DNA of 64,000 nucleotides from Zootoca vivipara (Eukaryota): positions 54,064,001-54,128,000 of the forward strand of contig NC_083288.1 of NCBI RefSeq assembly GCF_963506605.1. Reading direction: 5' to 3'. Below are positions 25,315 through 35,071 of this stretch, one piece after another. The notes below the pieces were generated by a model that was not told the origin of the DNA, made no database searches, and was given only the letters and a program-made list of their open reading frames with translations. Every line of letters starts with the position of its first letter. Within the stretch, counting starts at the first letter, position 1. The position numbers were made by a program, and so were the translations under genes.

Positions 25315-26198
25315 GGAGGGAGAAACGCCCCCCCCTCGCCACCACAGGTCCAGCCAAGTTTGGGGGGGGGGAGCGGAGAGAGAGGAAAGAGCTGAGAAAT
25401 GCCCCCCCCCCCGTATGGATGTCGCCTCATCCTCTACTCCCCCCTCCTTTCTTATAGGAGCCATCACCCCCCCCCTTTGCCTTGTGTCTTCATGCTGTAT
25501 GGGGGGGGGGCTTTTAATGTGACTAAAAACGGAGGGGGGAAGGGGCCACCGCTTCACCCCCCCCCAGCTTTTAATCTTTACCTGCTGCTGCGTATCTTCT
25601 CCACAGATGGATTTTAACGCCACCGTCCTCGTCCGTCCCCCTCTCCCAAATTTTTGTCTAACGCACTGGAATCATATATTGGGCATTATCGTCTGACTGT
25701 CGTATCCCCACCCCGAAAAAAGGACCACGTTGTGTGTGTCTAATCTCTCTGGGCAACCCCCCCCACCTGCTCTTTATATAAATGTTTTATTTTTAAATGC
25801 TATTTTAACTGGTTAGGGAAAACAATTGGTCAATTGAACTCTCTCCTCTTTCCCTTAAAAAAAAATCCATTGGGGCTGGGAGGCATCTTCTGTCTCCCCC
25901 CCCTCTCTTTTTCAACAAAGCCCCCCACCCACCCACAAGGAGATATGCCTCTGCTGGCCATGGGGAGTGTGAGCTGAGCCCCACCCCCACTGCCTGGGAT
26001 TGGGGACCCCTCCCCGTGCCCCCAAATGCAGAAGGGGGCAGGTGTGTGCCAATGTCTCTGTGCTTTGTGCCCAGTCCCCCCACCTTTGCAGGGCTGCCCC
26101 TCTGTACAAACAGGTGCGGGGCAGGCAATGCGTGTAAAAAGAAGTAAAAAAAGGCCATTATTATTTCTTATATTGTCTGAGCAGAGAGCAAGAAATGA

Positions 26199-26204
26199 AT
26201 TAAA
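26199..26204 (+). terminator. Candidate ARRB2 polyadenylation signal (ATTAAA)
   Basis: ATTAAA ~885 nt after the ARRB2 stop; a second ATTAAA at 26250-26255. Confidence 0.5.
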
Positions 26205-26230
26205 AAGTGGTTAACAGATGCCTGGAGGTT

Positions 26231-26236
26231 TTTATT
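26231..26236 (-). terminator. Candidate polyadenylation signal (AATAAA) of the ATG16-like gene
   Basis: TTTATT on the + strand, ~440 nt downstream of the predicted TGA at 26677-26679. Confidence 0.55.
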
Positions 26237-26676
26237 AAGTGGTTTGAGCATTAAAAACGGTGGAAAGGGGGCTCCTGTGAAAATAGCACCCCCTGCCAGA
26301 GATTCTCAGATCTGCAGCAAGGACTCCCCTCTTGCTGCACCGCTGTGGGGCTAGACGCTCCCTGACCCCCCCCCCCCCCCGCAGAAGAAGAGCCATGTGG
26401 GGCTTTCGATAGCTGCCCATCCGGGGGGGGGGCTGAGGCCACACCACCCCCAAAAACTTGTAGACTCCTGGGTTGTGGGGTGTGGCTAGCTCCCTTTTCC
26501 TGAGCAATTCACAAAACCAGCACGCTCTCCGTGACATGCAGTCGCGGCTGGATTTCTCCCCCCCCCCACCCTGAGGTCCAGGTAAAGAACCTGGGTGCAA
26601 TTGCAAGCGTGCTGTGACCACTGAGCAAGCCCACCGACGGCCGTGCAGATGTTCCTCGGAAAGGGCCAGGCTGCAT

Positions 26677-29627
26677 TCACAGGGCGGGGGCTGCCTCAGG
26701 AATCGGACCTGTGGCGAGAAAGAGAGGAGCCAAGTGAAGGACATGGAGAAGGTTCACTGCCCCCCCCCAACTCCCCAGGAAGGAGGGACAAGGGTACCTG
26801 CAGCCCCGCGCTGACCCAGAGGGGATGAGGCCTGGGGAGGGCTGGACTCGGCTCGCCCTGCTTCTGAAACCTAGAAGCAGAGGAAGGAGGAGCTCTAGGA
26901 ACTTCAGGAATGAGGAGTTGGGAGGGACCCCAAGGGTCCTCTAGTCCAACTTCTGCAATCCAGGAATCGCAACTCAGGAATCCCCGACAGGTGGCCCCCA
27001 AAACAGCTTGAAGACCTCCAACAAAAGACAGGAAGGTTCTTCCTGATGTTAGCTGGAATCTCCTTGCCTCAAGTCGTCTCCTCTGGAGCAGGAGAAAACC
27101 AGCTTGCTCCGTAGCAAAAGGAAGAACAAGGAAACAGTGGGGTCACTTAGAGGAGAAGATGGTGAAATGCGAACAGGGGACAGAGAAAGGGCAGAACTCC
27201 TCAATGCCTTCTTTGCCTCAGTCTTCTCCAAAAAAGAAAACAACGCCCGACCTGAAGAATATGGAGCAGATGATTCAGCAGGGGAAACACAGCCCAGAAT
27301 AAGTAAGGAGGTAGTACAAGAATACTTGGCTAGTTTAGATGTATTCAAGTCTCCAGGGCCAGATGAACTACATCCAAGAGTATTAAAAGAACTGGCAAAG
27401 GTGATTTCAGAATCACTAGCAATAATCTTTGGGAATTCCTGGAGAACAGGCGAAGTTCCAGCAGACTGGAGGAGGGCAAATGTTGTCCCTATTTTCAAAA
27501 AGGGGAAAAGAGAGGACCCAAACAATTACCGCTCAGTCAGCCTGACATCAATACCAGGAAAGATTCTAGAGCAGATCATTAAGCAAACGGTCTGTGAGCA
27601 CCTAGAAAGGAACGCTGTGATCACTAAAACTCAGCATGGGTTTCTGAAAAATAAGTCATGTCAGACTAATCTGATCTCATTTTTTGACAGAATTACAAGC
27701 CTGGTAGATGAAGGGAACGCTGTGGATGTAGCCTATCTTGATTTCAGCAAGGCCTTTGACAAGGTGCCCCATGATATTCTTGTAAAGAAGCTGGTAAAAT
27801 GCGGGCTAGACAATGCTACCATTCAGTGGATTTGTAACTGGCTGACTGACTAAACCCAAAGGGTGCTCATCAATGGCTCCTCCTCATCCTGGAGAGTAGT
27901 GACTAGTGGGGTGCCACAGGGTTCTGTCTTGGGCCCAGTCTTATTCAACATCTTTATCAATGGCTTGGATGATGGGCTTGAGGGCATCCTGAGCAAGTTT
28001 GCAGATGACACCAAATTGGGAGGGGTGGCTAATACCCCAGAGGACAGGATCAGACTTCAAAATGACCTTAACAGATTAGACAACTGGGCCAAAGCAAACA
28101 AGATGAATTTTAACAAGGAGAAATGTAAAGTACTACACTTGGGCAGAAAAAAAATGAAAGGCACAAATACAGGATGGGTGACACCTGGCTTGAGAGCAGT
28201 ACATGTGAAAAGGATCTAGGAGTCTTGGTAGACCACAAACTTGACATGAGTCAGCAGTGTGATGCAGCAGCTAAAAGAGCCAATGCAATTCTGGGCTGCA
28301 TCAATAGGAGTATAGCATCTAGATCAAGGGAAGTAATAGTACCACTGTATTCTGCTCTGGTCAGACCTGACCTGGAATACTGTGTCCAGTTCTGGGCACC
28401 ACAGTTCAAGAAGGATACTGACAAGCTGGAACGTGTCCAGAAGAGGGCAACCAAAATGGTCAAAGGCCTGGAAACGATGCCTTATGAGGAACGGCTTAGG
28501 AAGCTGGGTATGTTTAGCCTGGAGAAGAGAAGGTTAAGGGGTGATATGATAGCCATGTTCAAATATATAAAAGGATATCATATAGAGGAGGGAGAAAGGT
28601 TGTTTTCTGCTGCTCCAGAGAAGCGGACACGGAGCAATGGATTCAAGCTACAAGAAAGAAGATTCCACCTAAACCTTAGGAAGAACTTCCTGACAGTAAG
28701 AGCTGTTCGGCAGTGGAATTTGCTGCCAAGGAGTGTGGTGGAGTGTCCTCCTTTGGAGGTCTTTAAGCGGAGGCTTGACAGCCATCTGTCAGGAATGCTT
28801 TTAAGATGTTTCCTGCTTGGCAGGGGGTTGGACTGGATGACCCTTGTGGTCTCTTCCAACTCTATGATTCTATGATCTTTCATGGAACAGCCCATCAGAT
28901 ACCAGATGATGGTTCTCATCTCTCCTCCCAGTCTCCTCTTTCCCAGGCTAAACATCCCCAGCTCCTTCCCCCATTTCTCACAAGGCCTGGTTTCCATCTT
29001 GGCTGCCCTCCTCTGCCCATGTTCCAGCTGGTCAACATCCTTCTTAAACTGGACTCCAGGTGGGGTCTGACCAAGGCAGAATAAAGCGGTATTATTCCTT
29101 CTCTTGATCTGGACACTCGACTCCTGCTAGAATAGCATTCACCCTTTCTTGCTGCTGCATCACGCCATTCGCTCATGGTCTACCAAGTCCCCTTGATCGT
29201 TTTCAAGATCACAATAAACACAAGATCAAATGGTACGAGAATGCATTTTGAAGCTTTCCAAGAAACCTTCTGCCCTGGAAGACTATCGCCTGAAAGGTGG
29301 AGCACAGCTTACTTGAATAAATACACACACACACCCAGCCACAACCCCACACCCACCTTTGGGCTGCTCCCACCTTCTACACTGGTTTCCTCGCAAGACG
29401 TGCTGAAGGTGTTGTCACTTGGGGACGATTCTGCAGCTGCCGGCCTGGGAATCCTGTGTCGAGAGAGAGGGGCAGACTGTGTTTGGGGGAGGCAGTGGGA
29501 TGCCCCACTTTCATAAGAAAAAGTGGGGGGCTTTCAGAGCAAAGGCAGCTGCTGTTCAGAAGGCAGGGCCAGCCTCTGCAAACCGGCTCTTCTTAGAAAA
29601 CGACACCCTGCTTTCCCCACAGAGGGA

Positions 29628-29685
<58 letters not shown>

Positions 29686-30085
29686 CTATTTATACCCCAT
29701 CCACCTGACTGTGAAAAACAAAACATTCTATCTAGTCTGTTCAGTCTAGACTCTCCTCCCTTGGAGGTTTTTAAGCAGAGTCGAATTGAGTGATTTCAAT
29801 ACCACTTAATATTTTAAATACATCTCTAAGCGGTCTACCAAAAACAGGCAACTGAAACTGTTGCAAAAATACAGATAGGCTTGAGTCTTTTTACAATAAT
29901 TCAAAGGTTTGGTGGCCGCCTGCCATGAATGTTTCAGTTGCAATTCCTGCATTGAAGGGGCTGCACCAGAGCCCCCCCCCCCGCTGCCCTTTCCCGCCTT
30001 TCAATTCTGTGATTTATTAATTGCATTTTTATCCTGCTGCTGCTGTTTTTTGTTTTTAAGACCTAAGGACCAGACCCAGGATGAT

Positions 30086-30137
<52 letters not shown>

Positions 30138-33100
30138 CGGTCAGCCAAGATGCAGGATCCCAGTGTAACAGACACAGGATAATTCTATTATTATTGGTAC
30201 TACTACTAATTTTGAGGGCCTGGTCCATAGAGAAGGGCTGGGAAGCTTCAGGGGCCATCATCGGTTTCCCACTGAAAACCAGAGGTGCTTGGGGCCCAGG
30301 GACGGTTGAGGAAAAGCCAGGTGCCCCCAGGACTCCCCGGATTGGCACCGTGATAAAGGGTGAGGTGCAGAATGCCCACCTCCCTTCTCAAAGCAACCCC
30401 AACACTACAGCTACCTGGAGCTGGGAATGGCTCCCCCCTCTCTATAAGGGAGGCCTTGAAGCAGTTGCCCCCTCCCATCACAAAGCAGGGGACAGCAAGG
30501 CACCCCAAAACCTTGTGCCAGGACTGATAACGCCCCCATTTAAGGCCCCAAGGGGAGCCCTGCTGGATCAGGCCAATGAGGGCCCATCATCCTGTTCTCC
30601 CAAGGGCCAAATGCACCAAAGAACTGAGGAATCAAGGTAGACAGCCTCTGGAGCTGGAGGTTCCACAAGGACATCAGGGCAAGCGGGATCCAAGCACAAG
30701 GGCAACTCTCCCCTCCTGCAGCTTCTGGCAACTGGGATTCAGAGGTACAGCCGCCTGCCATTGTGGAGACGGAGCAGGCCCACCGATGGCCCATGAATTT
30801 GCCTTGTCTCCCCCTTCCACCGCTGCCCCCTGCGGGAGGGAGTTCCACAGTTCAATTACGTGCTGTGTGCCAGAGTGGCCCAGGGAGCTTTGAGGCCGAG
30901 CCCCCCTAGAGAGAGAGAGAGACACCTGCTTGCCCTCCCTCAGAAAAAGGAGACAGACTCACATGCCGGCCACTTCCCTTGCCTCCTGCAGCTTCTCTCG
31001 GAGGCACTGGACTCTCCGCTGATACCTGGGGGTGGGAGGAAGCCATCATTAACAAACAATTAAACATTAATAGAATTTATATATACGTACTATATGTACG
31101 CTCAGGAACAACATACCCAAGGACCACCTCTCTCCCTATGAACCATCCCAGATCCTCATCTGAGGCTTTCTTCGTGTGCTGCCTCCATGAGAAATCCAGA
31201 GGGTGGCAATAAGATAACATGGCCTTTTCTGTGGTGGCTCCTCATTGGTGGCATGCTCCCCCCAAAGTGGTTCGCCTGGCGCCTTCATTGTACCTAGGGC
31301 CTCTGTATGTCCGTATTTTCCCGGGACACGTCCGGAAATCGGGCTCTCTGAATGGCACCTGGACTATTTTCAATTGGGGCCTAAAAATGTATTCATTTTG
31401 GGGGGCGGGGGGAGAGACATTAAAAAAAAAAAGCCTCCCCCCCATCACACATTTTTAGGCACCAGGCAGAAACTCCCCTCTTCTCCCAGGCCCTTGGCTA
31501 ACTAACACCCTGTGTCTATTGCCTTTGTGTTTTTATCTTGTACAGTGGTGCCTCGCTAGACGAAATTAATTCGTTCCACGGGTCTTTTCTTATAGCGAAA
31601 AATCCGTCTAGCGAATCCCATAGGAATGCATTGATTTTTTTTGATTTTTTTTTTGCCCATAGGAACGCATTAATTGAATTTCAATGCATTCCTATGGGAA
31701 ACCGCGATTCGTAAAACGCATTCGTCTAGCGAGGCAACCTCTGCTCGAAAAATCCTTTCGTTAAGCGAAAATTTCGTTAAGCAGGGCATTCGTTAAGCGA
31801 GGCACCACTGTATTTTATTCTGTGATCTGCCCAGACACCTTATGACAAAGGGCAGGATATGAATTCTAACTACAATCGTACCTTGGAACCCAAACATCTT
31901 GGCACTCGAACGTTTTGGCTCCCGAACGCCGCAAAACCGGAAGTGAGTGTTCCGGTTTGCGAACGTTCTTTGGAACCCGGGCGTCCGACGGGGCTTCCTG
32001 CAGCCCATTGGAAGCCGTGCCTTGGATTCCGAATGTTTTGGAATGGATTCCGTTCAGCTTTCAAGGTACGACTGCACCTGCACAGCTACACGCAGGAGCA
32101 TCTTTCTGGATAGAGCCCCTCCGCTCACCGGTCGCGCTCCTCGTTGGCCTGGTTCATGCGGCCGGCCTCCAGCGCCTTCTCCTGCACCCAACGCGCCTCG
32201 AGGTCCTCCCTTTTCCGCTGCGCCTCCTGCATGAGTCCCTGCGCCTCGGCCAGCTCCCGGCGCAGCCCCTCAGCCTCCTGGAAAAGCGCCCAGGCCTGGC
32301 ACTGTGCCTCCTCATGCTGGCGGGTCAGAGCAGCCAAATCCTGGGCCAGGCACCTCATCCTGCAGAGGGGCAGAAAGCACCGGATCCCAGAGCATGGAGG
32401 GACACCCCGGGGTCATCCAGACCAACCCCCGGCAATGCAATATTTCATTTTCTAACATTTTGTGGGCATGGTGCCCGGCCTCCTGGTGAATTTTGCAGCA
32501 AAGACGGGGAAGGAAGGAAGAAAATCCGCCGGAACGCAACGCTGGCGAACCAGATGCACCCCGGCTTCTTTAAAAGGCCGAACCCCATTCCCCTCCCACA
32601 ACTGGGGGGGCCAGAGAGACCAAGACTCCTACTTTGCCCGCTGCTCCTTGTTCTCTGCCTCCGTCTCCCGCAGGACGTCTGTCAGGAGGGCGACCTGCTG
32701 CCGCAACTGCAAAGCAAGCACAGCGTTTATTCATTTCTCTCCCAGATTTGCACACGACTAATTTTGTCCCGGGAGCAGAGGTCGGGTGGCTGTCTGTCAG
32801 AGATGCCAGCCTTGAGATTCCTGCACTGCAGGGGGGTTGGCCTAGATGACCCCTGGGGAAGCCCCTCTCGCTCTACAATTCCATAATCTGACGAAGCCAC
32901 AGGAGATGGACCTGATCCAGGCCCTTGCGGAGCCTCAACTCACCTCCTCCCTCTCTCTCCGGACATCGATCAGCTCCATCTCCTGCTGCACCTGGATGGA
33001 GGCCAGTTTCTGGGGGGGCCTGGAAAAAGCCAGAAGAGGACCCCCCAGTTCAGCAAACGCCCATCCTTCCCCCCCCCCCCATGCCAGCACCTCACCCTGG

Positions 33101-34814
33101 TGCACTCACCGGCAGGACCCCACGGCCGCCGGCCACTGCCCCTCCTCCGCCGCTGCCAGGAGGGTCTGCATAGCATCCAGGCAGCCATGCAGCTTTTCAT
33201 CTGGAAGAGCAAGAAGGAGCCTCTCAGGAGGGGGCTGGGAAGGAAGGGGGTCTCTGGGAAAAGGGGGAGAGAGCAGGAGCTATTAGAAAGGGCAACCCCA
33301 CCCCAGGCCTCCACTGCCCCGCTTGCCTCTCAAAAGGCTGAGGAGAGTAAGCAACTTCTTCACGCTGCATGCCATTAACCTGCGGAACTCCCTCCCACAG
33401 GAGGTAGCAAATGGCCACCAACCTGCATGGCTTTAAAAAGAGAATCGGGCACTTTCGCAGCGGAGAACGGGCCTATCAGTGGCTACTAGCGAGGATGAAG
33501 GCCCTTTGCTGGAAATTATGGGGAGAGCTGCTCTTGTGTTTGAATCCTGACAGGCGGCTTTCCATCAGAGGAGTCTGGGTGGCTGCTGCGAGATCCGGAA
33601 GTTGGGCTCGGTGGCCCTGCTTTGGCCCCTCCAGCAGGTGGTTCTTATGTTCAAGTCAATGGTTGCCAGCAGAAGGGGCCCTACGGGTCATCCAGCTCAA
33701 CCCCCTGCGGTGCAGGAATCACAGCTAAGGAAACACGCAAGCCAATGGGTGCTGTGGTTCAGCCTTCACCCACTTGGGGGCTACTGGGAGTTGTAGTCCA
33801 GCAACCTCTGGAAGGCACCAGGGAGGCGAGGGCTGCTGTAGCAGTTGCAGGATTCTGCACCAGGCAGAGCGGCAGGAAGATGAGCTCAAAGATCTTATTC
33901 CTACTTTATGGCAGCGAAGCGGCCCTCCAGTCCTTTCTGCCTGGCCCTCGAAACTCTTGCTAGGCTACACGCCTCTCTGCTCCTGCTTTATAGCCTCTCA
34001 GCATTTTTGTCTAACCAGAAACTATCCTCAAGCTCCAAAAGATGCGGGCCCAGGGTGTGGCAGCGGCAAAAAAGGCCAATCCCCACACCAAGGATCCTTG
34101 GGAAAGGAATTGCAAACAAAAAACATGCTGGTATAATTAATGAGGTTCTGCAAATCAATGATGTGACTGTATCTCTGTGTGGTTCTGGTTGTCTCACCTG
34201 AAAAAGGATATTGCCAAGTTGGAGAAGGTTCAGAAAAGGGCCACCAAAATCACTATTATGATCAAGGGGATGAAGCAACTCCCCTTTGAGGGAAGGTAGC
34301 AGCCTTTGGGGCTTTTAGTCAAGAGTAAAGTTGATGAAGAGGCAGCATAAAGGAAGTTTGTAAAATGATTAATGTCACAGAGAAAGTGGAGAGAGGAGAG
34401 TTTTTCTCCCCCTTTGGACACAGGAGGAGGGCAACCAAGGAAGCTGAATGGCGGGAGTGGCGGCTGGAGAAGGATGAATGGAGGAGAGGGTTCTGCTAGC
34501 AGGTGGCCCCTGGAGGGGAATGTGGCCCCAGGGCGACCCCTCCCCCGCAAGGAAGAAGCCCCAACGAAGCCATTCCGGGCGGGGTGGGCTGCGCTGAGCC
34601 GGGAGGCTCCCCGGCTGGCTTTCGGGCGCCTTGTGGCGGGGAGTTCCCTCGACTCTCTCCCGCTCCCCCCCCCCCGACTCCGCGGACGGGGCGAGGGGGC
34701 TCTGCACGCGCGCAGGGGCTCACGTCGCTCCAGCAGCACCCGCAGGCCCCGCGCGCGCCGCTCCCGCCGCTGCAGCTCCGCACGCACATGCTGCCGCCAG
34801 CCAGCGCCAGGCAT
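26677..34814 (-). CDS. ATG16-family protein lacking the WD40 domain (ATG5-binding helix + coiled coil + short S/P-rich tail), ~275 aa, 9 exons
   Basis: Exons 34724-34814, 33110-33200, 32944-33019, 32633-32706, 32129-32359, 30963-31025, 29357-29453, 26798-26870, 26677-26708. All GT-AG, phases compatible, 828 nt open. Protein: [39 protein letters not shown]...[46 protein letters not shown]...[41 protein letters not shown]...APAL*. It resembles ATG16L1 segments WKRHISEQLRRRDR, HQEELTELHKKRGELAQLV and RWMAEKAQEANRLNAENE. Exons 1-6 are firm; exons 7-9 rest on splice signals and frame only. Confidence 0.85.
27111..28875 (+). mobile_element. 5'-truncated young CR1 LINE (ORF2 RT region; one stop and one frameshift) in intron 7 of the ATG16-like gene
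   Basis: [71 protein letters not shown]. Stop at 27851-27853, frameshift in the A run near 28150, ATTCTATG-type tail. Confidence 0.97.
28876..29180 (-). mobile_element. Older CR1 fragment (its other half lies at ~26930-27110)
   Basis: Minus translation [21 protein letters not shown] and [14 protein letters not shown]. Confidence 0.75.
29629..29683. repeat. (ATT)n microsatellite
   Basis: ~18 perfect units. Confidence 0.95.
30087..30136. repeat. (CA)n microsatellite
   Basis: ~25 units. Confidence 0.95.
31541..31812. mobile_element. Tc1/mariner (Tigger-like) MITE
   Basis: TA-CAGTGGTGCCTCGCTAGACG ... CGTTAAGCGAGGCACCACTG-TA. Confidence 0.85.
31871..32075. mobile_element. Degenerate Tc1/mariner-type MITE
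   Basis: TACAATCGTACCTTGG ... CAAGGTACGACTGCA inverted termini. Confidence 0.6.
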
Positions 34815-35071
34815 GGCCCCGCCCGCTTTCCGGGTCACGTGTGCACCGCCGAACGAAATGGATGACGGGAGATGGAGTTCTAAAGGAATTTATTTAAATG
34901 CACCCCGCCTCATAGAGGCGCATGCGCACGCCTCCCGGCGGAAGCCACCCCGGGTCACGTGCCGCTAATAGAGCGCAGGGCACTCAGCGAGGCGCACGCG
35001 CACGCGTTCCGGCGGAGGAGAGGGCGGGGCTCAGACCAGTAGCTCGCGGACGGGAGCCGGGAAGGACCGAA
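34815..35071. promoter_or_regulatory. Bidirectional CpG promoter of ATG16-like gene/MED11 with two CLEAR/E-box motifs
   Basis: 257 bp between diverging ATGs. CCGGGTCACGTG occurs twice (GTCACGTG at 34834-34841 and 34954-34961). Also GCGCATGCGC 34918-34927, ETS-like CGGAAG ~34939, GC box ~35021, and YY1-like AAATGGCGGC at the MED11 start. Confidence 0.8.

Noticed and set aside
26235-26744. 169-aa minus-strand ORF as a long last exon or WD40 region of the ATG16-like gene
   Set aside because: No WD40 signatures (GH..WD) and composition looks like 3' UTR. The model using exon 26798-26870 ends at TGA 26677. Skipping that exon would enter this frame, so it is not fully excluded.
27104-28875. Active reverse-transcriptase gene or domesticated host gene
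   Set aside because: 5'-truncated CR1 with an in-frame stop and a frameshift; lacks ORF1 and the endonuclease.
31915-32886. 323-aa plus-strand ORF
   Set aside because: Antisense to exons 4-5 of the ATG16-like gene and starts within a MITE; no recognisable domain.
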